Below, piece by piece: positions 1 to 12,531 of a stretch of DNA of 64,000 bases (its first letter is position 1; every line of letters starts with the position of its first letter). The stretch lies in assembly GCA_964106915.2 (NCBI GenBank), contig OZ066918.1. One strand, written 5' to 3'. The notes beneath the pieces are model-generated. The model was not told the DNA's origin. It did no database searches and was given only the letters and a program-made list of their open reading frames with translations. A program made the position numbers and the translations under genes. This DNA comes from Podarcis gaigeae (lineage: Eukaryota).

Positions 1-1120
1 TCCTCCACTTTCCCTTCAGCACACCCCTTAACACTGCCTGCAACAGGAGCAGCAGCTTCTTTTCAAAGCAAGCTGCTCTCCCCCTCCAACTGAGACCAGT
101 GACTTTGATGGATTCCACTTGCCTATGCCAGCATCATAATGCAGCACTAATGTATTTTCTGGACCACAAAAATAATTAGTTTTGGTGTGGCTTAGCACTT
201 CTAAAAGTTATTGATTCACTCCAAGCTACATGCAGCATGACCTTTTATCCCTGCCCTCCTATGGTAAGGAGGAGCATATGGTATTCATGAGGTGCAGGGA
301 GGGGTTCCTTCATAAACAGATAACACATGACTGCACTTTAATTTAGTCAGATCCAGCCTTCCTACATAGTCCTATTCTGCAGAACTTCGGAGCAAGAGAG
401 CTTGCTATAAAGCACTCTTCTAAGTAGCTAGAAAAGGAGAACTGTGAAGAGGCCACAGAACGAACTATGAATGGAGGGATTCCCATCTGCCATCATTTAG
501 ATCCCCTGGGAAACTCACTAAGCCTTCTGAAGCCTGGAACTGGGTGTATGGAGAGCAGCTGAGTGACCGCTCAATGCAAGACAATTGTAGACATCCAGAG
601 GAAGTTCCATCAGACTTTGGTGCCTGTCCATAAACTCCAGAGTGAAAGACTAGGGTGAAGTCATCATTTTCAGGGGCCCCTCTTCCTTGTGAGAAAGTTT
701 GGGCTGACCCTTCGAGTGTTCTCAAAATATTGAGTGGTATTCAACTAACCCACCCTGTCAGTGCAAGGATTTCCACCTGCACAATGAGACCTTCTCCCCT
801 CAAGGAGAACAAGCAGCACAAGCAGCAATCCTTGTTCACTTAGCGCTATACTGGATTTCATCCAGTATTTTAAGTGTAGAGAGCTCAGCAGCAATTTTGC
901 AAAGATTTCAGTCTTCTCTTATAGTACCACCTTATTAATGTCAGCCATGCATAAATGGCAAGAAGTACCAAACATGTGAAATGAGATGAATATGACAGAA
1001 GGATGAAAAGGGGAAAACAGAGAATAAAATATCCAAGTAAAATTACCTTATGGGCAGCTAGAGAGTCAGAGCATAGAATAAATCAATAAAAACAATTTGA
1101 TAAAAGCAATCAAAAGTGAC

Positions 1121-1655
1121 TGTCAAAAGCCCCATGGCAACAAACAAGGATGGTCCTGGCAGGATCTATCAGAGGGAGCAGGAAATAGGAGGGGTCCAGA
1201 TAGTCTGCCCAGATGCTGCTGGACATCCCAGCTGTCAACCTGCCTCTAGAGATTGAGATTGCCCTGGCAACCAGGGAGGTAAATGAGCCTGAATCAGATA
1301 GTGAGATGGCCCCATCTCGAAAGATGTGCTGTTAAATGTGCTGGCAAGCAGATCCAGCCTACACACAGGAGTGCCCGCTTGCTTGTCCAGTCCCATTGTT
1401 TGGGACATGAATCATGTGACCATCCCGCTCTGCAAAGCAGGAGCAAAGTGGACATGTCAGCTGTTGTGACAATGTGTTAGCTTCTGCCAACCATGTATCT
1501 TACACTTTTATTTCTGAATTACTGATTCTGAAGCCTGTATCTTAATCTATGTTTAAACTATGTGATGACTTTTGGAATAAACCTTTGAGAATTCTCAAGT
1601 CGAGAGTTTGAGTACTTTGTCTGAGAGTGGGAGCCAGGAGAGTGATGCTTGATGA
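1121..1655 (+). mobile_element. Possible degenerate solo LTR
   Basis: Starts TGTCAA, has AATAAA near 1576 followed by a U5-like tail; no clean terminal CA or TSD; boundaries approximate. Confidence 0.3.
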
Positions 1656-2390
1656 ACTACTCATATATATTGCCAATTGAAAAACATATTTTTAAGTAAT
1701 AGCTAGAAGACCATTACCTCCAGTACAGGCCAGGGCAAATTTTAAGATTTTCCAATGAGACCCTGTTAGTGGTTTCACAACTACCAGATCACTACAAGCG
1801 TTGTAGTGATAACATTCGCCATCTCCCTGTGGAATGATGTGCAATTCATGAGCCTTTAAATGCTTCTTAAAAACTTACCTGTTTACACAAGCTTTTTAAA
1901 GAAAACTCTTGACTCTTAATTTTAAATTGTTTTTGATTTGCACACTAGTTTTACTTCTGATACAGCTTTGTTCTGCTATAAGATTTTAATTATATATACA
2001 TATTTTAAGCTCTAAGAGGCAAATAGCCACCTGAGCCAGCAAGTTTATTTGGAAAAAGACACTGGTGTGGGTGTAGAAAGAATACATAATGTGGGTGTGG
2101 ATATTACATAATGTGTAGCTTGGCCATTACTCTTTTCCTAGTGAGCGTTCATATACTTTAACTGTTTCAGCCAGAAGACACCCAACCCTGGTTATGTCCA
2201 TAGAACTCAAGTACTCCTTTGGTGTACTTGCTTACGACTTCCTCCGGATACTGGTGGTAATACAGGTAGAGTCAGCAGGCCTAACATTACTACTACTGTT
2301 GCTTCATGCAAACAACAAATAGATTTTATGAGAGCACTAATTTCCTCTTGAACATGATGCGTACTACCCTGACTCATCATATCAAATTGT

Positions 2391-2580
2391 GGGGAGAATC
2401 ATAGCTCAGTGAAAGAGTACATGTGATACATACAAAACGATCCAAGTTCAACCTGACATCTCCAGGTGGGCTGGGAGAGACACACGAAATTCTGGAGAGC
2501 TGCTGCCAGTCAGTGTAGGCAATACTGAGCTAAAGGGAGAAATGAACTGCTGCTGTATAAACAGCGTTCTGTGCTCCTTT
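2391..2580 (+). mobile_element. Degenerate tRNA-derived SINE (Squam3-like)
   Basis: A-box-like ATAGCTCAGTG and B-box-like GTTCAAC, then body ggagagctgctgccagtcagtgtaggcaatactgagct typical of squamate SINEs. Confidence 0.6.
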
Positions 2581-3709
2581 GCTCTAAAAGTTTAATTATG
2601 GGTACTTGTCCAAGTAAGAAATTTGCCCTAGAGTACATTGCTTGCCTCATAACTTGCCTCTGAGCAATTAACTCAATTGGATAAGTTTATTGTTACCATG
2701 CTTATACAAATCCGATATATATATAATCAAGGCAACTGTGACTTAATTCTCTTCAAATGCAGCCTCCTCATGGTTTCAATTCCAGAAGTAGGTGAGCAAA
2801 ACAGAATAAAGCAAAGCCAGCAAAAAATATTTTAAAATCTGTACTAATCCCCTGATTCACATCTGAAGCTGGGTTCAATTGGCTCTTCCCTTAGCAATGT
2901 GCTTTATTCACAGCACCCCAACTTCTAACTTCTCATAAAGTCACTGAACTGCACATTAGTATAAACACAAAAGCCCTGTTTTAGACAGCACTGTGCTTTA
3001 AAGATGCGTCTATTCCATGCTATTTTAAATTTCTTTTTCAGATTAATAATGCAACTGTGACGCAAATTATCTAAGAATTAACTACTCAAGAGCAAAACTA
3101 TTGTAATTCAGGTCTCTGCTATGGATCCAGAATACCCTGGACAGGTCTCCTATTTTATAGATTAGCCACAAACAGGATATTGATTCACCTTAAACTCAGA
3201 GCTGTTTGAGACAGACACTATTTTCCATGGCAAATGAACATCAAAGTAATTTTCTTGCACAGAACTGGGCAGGAAACAAAGGCACCTTTGACTAGCACAT
3301 ATTTCATCGCTGAAGTGGCAACACAAATTCACTGGAATTATGCAACATTGATGAATTTGCTTTAGTACAAACTGAAAGTCAGCCTGCTGAGAGACAAAGG
3401 CAGACTTTTCACCTGGAAAAGAACACACCTGTTTGGCAGGAAGCTTCTGATTAGAAAGGCAAGCAATCTTCAAGCCAATGTTAAGGGGAAAGCCAGGTTT
3501 ATGTCTCCTTCAGTGCATAGAAGATGCATTCAGACATAATGCTGAGCCAAGAGGTATGGTTTGTTTAATCACACTGGGCAAAGGTTCCATGCTTGTGGCT
3601 TGTTTCTCCCACAAAAGAAATGTTGGCTTCAGATCATGATTTATGTGGAGGGAAGCAAACCATGATAACTGGTTCAGATGCAACGCTAAGTCAACTGCTG
3701 TTTCCCTGA

Positions 3710-3828
3710 AGAAGTGTGCATGCACACGAAAGCTCATACCAAGAACTGACTTAGTTGGTCTTTAAGGTGCTACTGGAAGGAATTTTTTTTGTTTTGACTA
3801 TGGCAGACCAACACGGCTACCTATCTGT
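3710..3828 (+). mobile_element. 5'-truncated Penelope-like element terminal fragment with hammerhead core
   Basis: 17-bp direct repeat AACTGCTGTTTCCCTGA at 3693-3709 and 3829-3845; internal ...cacgaaagctcat...ggtctttaaggtgctact...agaccaacacggctac resembles reptile Penelope pseudo-LTRs. Confidence 0.75.
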
Positions 3829-4454
3829 AACTGCTGTTTCCCTGATCCACTGTGGCAGGAGCAAAGTGGGAATGCTCAAACTATGTGCACCTTTTAAAAC
3901 TTTTAACATTGCAATCATGCTTTAAATGAGCCATCAAGTAACAGGAATCTATTCTTTGTTGCTGTTGCTGTTTTATTAAACCTGGGCAAAAAAGCCAGAG
4001 TTAGTTGCTCCAGATTTTGGGGGTTCTTTCTCCCAAGTCTGTTGGCATGAGAAATCTTGCATTCTCATCCTTCTCCATCTCCCTTTTCATTACTGAAGCC
4101 CAATTGCCTCCACTTCACCACCAGTCAGCTATGCAAATAATGAAAGGTAATGAGTTCCACTAATTCATTCCTCTTTACTTAGTTGGTCCATAAGCCAACG
4201 AAAGTTATCACCTCTCTATTTCCACACCCCCTTGAATTTTGTTCTGTTTCTAACCTAGTTTTTCTGCACACCTAAGGCATAAGCTCTTCAGCTCTTAACT
4301 CTTTGCCAAACCACTGCATTATTCACATACCTTCTCTCATGACACACTGTGCCCCTGCCCCAATAAAAGCACCTCTTCCTCTGCTCTGCTATCCTCACAT
4401 ATTTCCACCCCCTGGAAACCTGCTCTCTTCTCTACCCATCTCATCCCAGAAACC

Positions 4455-4555
4455 CCTAGCATTTACATCAACAATCACTTTAAAACCCTCTAATTGTGCC
4501 CAAATTCCTAGCATTTACAAAAATAATCACTTTAAAACCATCTATTTGTGCCCAG
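4455..4555. repeat. Two-copy tandem duplication, period about 53 bp
   Basis: cctagcatttaca...aatcactttaaaacc.tcta.ttgtgccca occurs twice. Confidence 0.8.
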
Positions 4556-6957
4556 CTTCCTCTTCCCCCACCCCCTTTCCATACTCTTACTAGAGAATTG
4601 GGATATTTTACAGCACATGCTTGCTTTTCTGCTTAGCTCCTGCTTTTACCTATAGTTGCCAGAATAATGAACAGTTCTGAGCATTTATTAGCACCATAAA
4701 TTCTGGTTAGGATTAAGTGCTTTAAATAAATTGTTCCATTAATTTCTTCTTGATAAAATTCACTGCTCTCCTCTGGAATACTCTCGTCTCAGGCCTCTTC
4801 AATTCTCTTTAAAAAGAACAACAGATTTCAGTAGCACTTGAACACCAGTATTAACACAGCATTCAAAATTCCTCTCCAAATGTTAAGGGGTCCGTGTCTG
4901 AAAAGTGCACACAGGCGTGTCAACCAGGGCATATGGTAACAGAACATCCCACCATGTGCCAGTTGACACACAAAACCCAATCTATAATCTTTAAACAATG
5001 GCTTAATAGTGCTGTAATGGGCAACCCTGAGCAGAGAGGTTGCTGACATTCTGAACCAGCTCCCATGGCTTCTGCCATTGTGAATTCAAGTCAAGTAAAC
5101 CATTCAAGAAGCAGCCAAAGAGGAAGCTGTTGCTGCAGCTAGGACTTTCCTCCTGACCCAGCTTTAATGATAAGGCTGCTGTTCCTCTGTGCAAAGTGTC
5201 AGGGTTGTTTTCCTCCTCAGTAATGAGCATAAAAATAAACCAGTGAGTTTACGCTTTAAAAGGAGGGATCCACTAGCCACAAAAATAAACGGCAGGGGGG
5301 AAAGCAAAACAAAGGGATAGTTTCATCAGACAGTATAAGTAGATTCTTTTTAAGGGTACAGAAAAATATTTGAGTCAGCAGTGTTGTCAGATGGTAGGAG
5401 AAAGCAGCCTGTTACACCTGTTCATTCCTGTCAAGTAGGGATGTATTCTTTGTGTGGTAGATGGATTCTGTGTTGAGGGAGCCTCACATCCCATTTTAAA
5501 GAAGCAGGGGGGAAAGTACAGAAGAGAGCCTGCTTGTGTAGGCTGAACCTTCAGCAGCTTTTCAGCCTCTCTGTTTTCATCTGGCTCCGTTTGCTTCCAA
5601 AAGGGAACACACTGAATGCTTTTGATTCCTTCCCCGGCACTCAATTTTCTATCTCTCATCACTTTCTGGTTATTAAGCAATTCAGTCTATCTCTGTGGCT
5701 TGAAGAATAAGCTAATTTTCTGCTGCAACGCATGGCTGTAGATTTAAGATGAGTGATGTATCCGAGTTCTCACCCCCCCACCCCTCTTAAATCACTGCTC
5801 TTTGACTTCTGCCAGTGTAGATAGCAGAGGTCCAAAGATTAACCACTTCAATGTGACCATTTACCAGTCATAATGCATATAAAACAGGTATTCACAGCAA
5901 CCTTTCACACAGCATATCTGTCACATGTCGGCAAGAGCTTTCCTATGGAAATAAAATGCCTCTGCACCCAATGAGCCATAATGAGTTCACATTGGACAAT
6001 AACAGTGCCTGATTGGGACATAGATTCTTTAAACATCCATAAACATCAAAAAGGCATTCATTTACAAAGCAGTTGTTAGTGAAGCTAATGGCTGATTAAT
6101 TCAGAGGGAATCCTGGGAAGCAGGGCCACTCTATCAACTCTGTTGGAAGACCAACTCCATCAGGCTTATTATTCCTCAAGCACCACATGGCAGCAACCAT
6201 TCTATCAGGCCACAGCAGAGAGGGAGATGAGAGGAATGGCCTTTCCACCTGTCCTGCTATGAGAACAACAACATTTGGGCTCATCCTCTCCCTAAACAGC
6301 TAGTCCTTAAACTTAGATAATAACTGGTGTGTGCTTGCCTCCTCTTCCTTTCTCATCTCTTTCTCCTTTTGTATTGTGTTAGTTGGGTCAGAAGCTAGCA
6401 GGCAGGGACTGTATTGTTTTTATTATTCACATGTTAGCCAGTCAGTTAAAAATTTCAAGCATTCTGGATCATTCACCAAGACATCCATCCTTCTGCATAA
6501 AGATTTGCAGCCCAGGAGGCTTAAAAGTAAGCAAACGGACCATGAGGATTTATTCTAACCAACCACAGACACCAGTGCTCCTGTTAGGCACCTTAACTAT
6601 GCCTTTGGGTACAACATAAATAAGTCCACTTGCCACCGCTCATCTACTACATGTACTTTGTCCATATTTCCCAGTGGCTAGCTGTAATTTCTGTAGAAGC
6701 CCCCTAACCTGCCAAATAAATTTTCAAGGTAAACATATGAAATAATTATGAATCATGCCTCTTAAAATGCTATGAGTAGGGCAATCATTCAAGTAACAAT
6801 GCAGTTGTTGTGAGACAAGGTGTTAAAACTAAAGAAGCGGAACATGAGTTGCGATGGTCTTAAATTATACTAAATAAATTATTTTAAGGTGGCTTAACAC
6901 ATGACTTTTGCTTCCACACTCAAAGGGCTAAGTCCATACTTTTCAAGGGGGTAAGTA

Positions 6958-7553
6958 CCGTATTTTGCGCCCCATAGGACGCACCGGCCCATAGGACACA
7001 CCTCCTTTTTTGGGGGGGGGAATAAAGGGGGGAAAATTATTTTCCCCCCCCCCCAGGTGCGGGGAACAGCGGGAAGGCGCGCTCTGCCTCCCCGCTGTCC
7101 CCCAGCTTGTGGGGCTGGCGATGGGGAGAAGTGCGCTGAGCCCGGGACTGGAGGCAGCTCTACGCAGCCATCGGGAGCCAGGCGGGACTTCGCGCCCGGC
7201 TCCCGATAGCCGCGCAGAGCTGCGCTGAGCCCGGGACTGGAGGCAGCTCTGCGCAGCCATTGGGACTTCGCGCCCCACTCCCGATGGCCGCGCAGAGCTG
7301 CGCTGAGCCCGGGGCTGCAGGCAGCTCTGCGCAGCCATCGGGAGCCAGGCGGGACTTCGCGCCCCGCTCCCGATGGCCGCGCAGAGCTGCGCTGAGCCCA
7401 GGACTGCAGGCAGCTCTGTGCAACCCTCGGAGCCGGTCTCCTGAGGGGTTGCGCAGAGCTTCCTGAAGCCTGCATTCGCCCCATAGGACGCACACACATT
7501 TCCCCTTCATTTTTGGAGGGGGAAAAGTGCGTCCTATAGGGCGAAAAATACGG
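6958..7553. mobile_element. Non-autonomous Tc1/mariner-superfamily (Tc2/pogo-like, CCGTA termini) MITE with an internal GC-rich tandem array
   Basis: 27-bp TIRs CCGTATTTTGCGCCCCATAGGACGCAC (2 mismatches); TA TSD at 6956-57 and 7554-55. Confidence 0.9.
7132..7422. repeat. GC-rich minisatellite, 89-bp unit x ~3.4 (units start 7132, 7221, 7299, 7388; unit 2 has an 11-bp deletion)
   Basis: Direct alignment of the units; each contains a long inverted repeat. Confidence 0.9.
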
Positions 7554-9842
7554 TATTGCCATGGGAGGCACCATTGTTTCCATTGACTCTGTCTTTAGCC
7601 TAAATATTGAGCAAGGCAGTGAACTTGTCTATCAAAAGCATAAACACAGATGTATTATGGAGTTCATACACACAACTCTATACTGTGCTTGGCAAAGGAT
7701 ATGTGAAGCAACACCTTTTTTTCAAAAGCTTTCCATTTTGTTTGGTCTACCTTGTACGCAGCGATCAGCCCCAACAGCCCTGTGGTGGAGCAAAGATGCC
7801 ATGTTTAAGCAAGGGTGGAAATAGCATGGTGCCTACATTGCTATTTGTTATTGTAGACGTCACCTGGAGAAAATGTCTGATATGGAAGGACACATTCAGA
7901 CACAGCTACATATGCACACTCTTCCAACATTCAGCTATCAGAGACAAAAGTCCTGAGGCAAAAATGTAGAGAGGCCCACTCTACATAGAGTCTATGGTGT
8001 GTATTGGTAGCTACATAGGGCTAATTAAGGCAGAATGCTGGGTAGGCTACCACCAGCAGAACATGGCAGCTATGTATCTCATTATTGATCTGCAATTGTT
8101 TCATGGTTGTCACTATTTAATACTGCTTCTCCTTAGGGGAGTTTCTCTTTTATACAGGCATGCTTGCCTCAGGCTACAGATGGGTGAGAATGGGCCTCTC
8201 TGTGTATCTAAAACCAAGGGTGGCTAACCCACAATCCTCCAAATGTTGTTGGAACTGCATTGGCCATGCTGTCTAAGTCTAAGGGAACAAAAAACATCTA
8301 AAGGGTTATAGGCCAGTTACCCCTGCCCTAGACACTGCTTTCTAGAAATCTTACCAGGTGGTTACATGGATAATTGCTTGCATGTTTCACTGACTGAAAT
8401 ATGAAAGATGGGTGAGAAGTGGTATGAAGAGAAGATGCTGACTCACTATGTGGAGGGAGCTGCTGGGGGAAACAATTTAAAAGTGAGCTTCACGCATATC
8501 AGCTTTAACACAAAACATTATAATCTCTCATCCTATTGGTTAATATACCCAAAGACTCAACAATCTCCTGGCTGAAATTGTTATTAAGCTGAAAGAATGT
8601 TTTTCTCTCTTCTGTAATAAGGTTTCCTTACTCAAATTGCTTTGCTAAACTTATACCGTGATAAACAGGCTCAGTGGTCTGCCTTACTCCTACTCATTGC
8701 TCGTCACACACTACAGCCTGCGTAATATGGGGAGTGAATGAAAACACATACTCAGAAACACCTTTTATGTTCTTTGTGTCCCTTTCTGGCTGATTACACC
8801 GTGATGATGAAGGTAAAAGGCAAATTAAGGTTCTGGCGAAACCTGCATTCTAGGAGAAGGTAACTAAAGGGATGGGTCACTAGGGATGAGCATTAGACTA
8901 TGTGATGGGACTCAACAGTGTAAGAATTACCACAAAACTTCAGGCGCCAGTTCCCTAGTCACTTCGTAATAGGCACTGCTGGCAAATGTTGAGTCCTACT
9001 CCCACCCACCCCCTGCAACAGTAATAACTGTAAATTGGCTCATATGCTTCAAAATAAATCATAATGGGTTTAGATTCCAGCCCTCTGAGACTTAAAACAC
9101 TTCAGAGTCTGGTGCTGGCAAAAAGCAAAAATATTTTAATTACTCTTTACGCTCATTAGTAGTCTAATTAGTCATTTTATTACATGCTTCTTCCCTTTAA
9201 AAAAAGCATGACGCATCTGGGGTTCCTTTTGCTGTGGCTTGTGCAGATCACATGCCAGCTTCAAAATATGCCAAGCAATGAGTGACATTTAGAATGTTTA
9301 TTCTACATTCCAGAGGGGCAGCCAGGTTAGTCAACAGAGATAATGCCTATCACAAAGCTTACACAATGTAAAGTGAAATATAGAATGTGCACAGAGATTT
9401 ATTCCTCCATATGCTATGCTTGGCCCTCTGTATTTGACACAATGGTTCATGTAATGACTGGACTACCTTGAAAGGACTCAACCACCTCATACTCTTCTTC
9501 CAGAAAGAAAACAATAGAGCCAGGCTTACAACACGCCCCATGGGTTCCTCATACTAAAGTTTAAGAAACAGGAAAAGCTTTTCTTAAGCACACAGTAGCT
9601 TGTGTTTCACATCAGATACATGACTGGAATAAAATAACATGTGGAAGAACAGGCACGAAAAGCAGCTTTTTAGGGGCATCCAAACAGTTGAATAGCTTGG
9701 GAATCTGCAAGATGCCCAGTTATAGCAAAGGCGCTTATTGATGGGCAGTGTACCATAACCAAAATGTGATAACGTTAAGAAAAGAAGAGGAATTAAATGC
9801 TACTCAAGTCAAGTTCTGAGTCACTACCAGGCATATCAATAT

Positions 9843-9918
9843 AGATTCTTGCATTGCAGGGGGTTGAATTAGATGGCTCTTGGGTTAACTTCCTGCTCTA
9901 CAATTCTATGATTCTATA
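9843..9918 (+). mobile_element. CR1 LINE 3' end fragment
   Basis: gcagggggttgaattagatg...caattctatgattctat; the ATTCTAT repeat tail is characteristic of CR1. Confidence 0.7.
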
Positions 9919-11026
9919 GGTTTCCTGCTAGAGAGTGGCAGGATGCTCACAAGGGGTCTCTGGCCAATCACAACTAGCAGCCAGCTGACTTAATGTGCTT
10001 CTCATGAAGAAGATGGTGACCCTTTCCCAGGAAACGTGAACTGAGCTTCATTACTAGTTAAAGATGTTTCCTTGAGGAATCTTCTGGGAAAACATAATGG
10101 CTGAATAATGGCATGTGGTTGAATTATATATGGCAAAGGTTCCAGGAACTAATTTGGCTTTTGCACATGTTGTAGCCAATACTGCTGTTCAATCCCATGC
10201 CTAGGGGGGTCAGTCAGCTTAAAGCAATATTTGTTTTCATACTACTCTGGAATGAATCTAAAGTGCAGAGTAACGTCAAAGTATCACATAGTTCCAGAGC
10301 ACACACAGAGTTCTCATTAACAATGAGCTCCAGCAAGACAATAGAAATTCACTAAAGCAATGAATTTTTTGATTCAGCAGGGAGTTGGACTAGCAATTTC
10401 TCTTGGTATCCTAGCAGTTTAATTCTAGCTGCTGTCAAGAGAAGTACTTCCAAATTGTGCTGATGCACACCCCTTCTCAACATCCCAGAAGAATAAGAAA
10501 TTAAAAACAGTGATCCCCTTGGCTTGGAGCATATTGCCAATGTGTAACATATTCAAAATTCAGCAGTGCTCACAAAAAAATACTTACAGACCACAAATGT
10601 AGCTTCAGCCCTGATAATAATTATGGTAAAATGCCCTTACAGTTAAAGCACATCTCTAAAAATGTAGTACAAATGCAATACTTGAGATGAGAATTCAGAT
10701 GAAAAAAGTGAAGTATTAATATTCTCATCCTAACATTGTCACACACTAAATACTGCCACCATTGAGGTTACTAGGATAAACACCAGTAAAAGTGCAACAA
10801 CTGGAACTGGGTATTATGGGATGCAACTAATGTTCCTATGTCAGCTTTGCATTCTACCATAAATGTAATAACAGCATCTCTAAAATGAGGTGAAGGAACT
10901 GAGGCTATAGCATAAGTTGCTTTCGAAAATAAAAATATTTTCCCCCTTAAACAGCTACAGTATCATTGAATGAACACAAAAACGTCTACAAAGTCTAAGC
11001 CCACATATACGGGTACTTGCACAGTA

Positions 11027-11382
11027 CAGTGGTGCCTCGCAAGACGAAATTAATCCGTTCCGTGAGGCTCTTCGTATAGCGGTTTTTTCGTCTTGCGAAG
11101 CAAGCCCATTGACAGCTTAGCAGATTAGCGCTACAGCTGTCAAGCGGCTTCCAGCGATCAGCTGTTAAGCGGCTTATCAGCAGAACAGCTGATAAGCGGC
11201 TTAGCGGCTTAAGAAAAGGGCGAAAAAAGCGGAAAAAACCCGCGGGGGGATGCAAGATTTTTTTCGTCTTGCGAAGCAACCCCATAGGGGATTTCGTTTT
11301 GCGAAGCGCCTCCAAAACGGAAAACCCTTTCGTCTAGCGGGTTTTTCGTCTTGCGAGGCGTTCGTCTTGCGGGGCACCACTG
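11027..11382. mobile_element. Tigger/pogo-like MITE, young
   Basis: 22-bp TIR CAGTGGTGCCTCGCAAGACGAA (1 mismatch), TA TSD, repeated internal TCGTCTTGCG motifs, CpG-rich. Confidence 0.9.
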
Positions 11383-11889
11383 TATACATTACACCAGTCA
11401 ATTATCATTTGCTAAACTTTGTTGTTACTAAGAGGTATCTACAACCTTCTATTTGAAGCTTCACTGACATCACATCTCACCCCCAAGTATCTTTCTGTTG
11501 TAACACATTGTATAAAGATGATAGCCCATTTTAGGAATCATGAAATACAACAGCCTTTGCCAAGCTGGTGCCCTCCAGATCTGGACTACAATTCCCATGA
11601 GCTGCACTATTGTGGCTATGCTAGTGCTGCCACAATTCAACATATGTCGGCCGGGGGGTGGTTCCTAACCCATTAAAATTATACTGGTTTTTTAAAAAGT
11701 GGGAGAGCTGAGGGACAGTGTTAGCCTGGTGTTCTGAAGCAGCTCCCTACTGAGTTTTCAGTTATTTGTTTGCTCAGCATCAGCAATGTGCATGCTGGGG
11801 AATAATTTACCAGAGAATCTAGCCTTGTATGAGGAACTAATCCACATACTCACTGAAGTATTTTGTAAACACTTCTGGAGGTTTATTAT

Positions 11890-12089
11890 CGGTAGTGGCG
11901 CCCGCCCTGTGGAACACCCTTCCAGCAGATGTCAAAGCAATAAACAACTACCTGACATTCAGAAGACATCTTAAGGCAGCCCTGTTCAGGGAAGCTTTTA
12001 ACGTGTGATATTTTACTGTATTTTTAGTTTCTATGGAAGCCACCCAGAGTGGCTGGGAAGGCCCAGCCAGATGGGCGGGGTATAAATAA

Positions 12090-12141
<52 letters not shown>
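11890..12141 (+). mobile_element. L2-like LINE 3' end with (TTA)n microsatellite tail
   Basis: gtggcgcccgccctgtggaac...ttaaggcagccctgttc...gatgggcggggtataaataaa(tta)n. Confidence 0.75.
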
Positions 12142-12143
<2 letters not shown>

Positions 12144-12187
12144 TCCATCCTTTGTATTGATGCAGATGAGCCACTTAGGAGACGTGT

Positions 12188-12531
12188 AAGTTCTAAACCA
12201 CAGAGCCTAGGGCTTGCCGATCAGAAGGTCGGCAGTTCGAATCCCCGCAACGGGGTGAGCTCCCATTGCTTGGTCCCTGCTCCTGCCAACCTAGCAGTTC
12301 AAAAGCACGTCAAAGTGCAAGTAGATAAATAGGTATCGCTCTGGCGGGAAGGTAAACAGTATTTCCATGCGCTGCTCTGGTTCGCCAGAAGCAGCTTAGT
12401 CATGCTGGCCACATGACCCGGAAGCTGTACACCGGCTCCCTTGGCCAGCCAGTAAAGCAAGATGAGCACCGCAACCCCAGAGTCGTTCGCGACTGGACTT
12501 AACCGTCAGGGGTCCCTCTACCTTTACCTTT
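12188..12531 (+). mobile_element. Sauria SINE (slightly 5'-truncated)
   Basis: B-box GTTCGAATCC, core gccaacctagcagttc...gtgcaagtagataaatagg, (ACCTTT)n tail. Confidence 0.9.

Noticed and set aside
2391-2460. tRNA-like A/B boxes (also at 30405-30480)
   Set aside because: These are SINE heads with no cloverleaf, not tRNA genes.
7132-7422. CRISPR-like appearance of regularly spaced palindromic repeats
   Set aside because: The spacers are themselves identical repeats, the context is a eukaryotic intron and there are no cas genes.
6894-7583. 229-aa and overlapping 184/116-aa ORFs
   Set aside because: Artefacts of the stop-poor GC-rich tandem repeat inside a MITE; the peptides are repetitive and show no transposase motifs.
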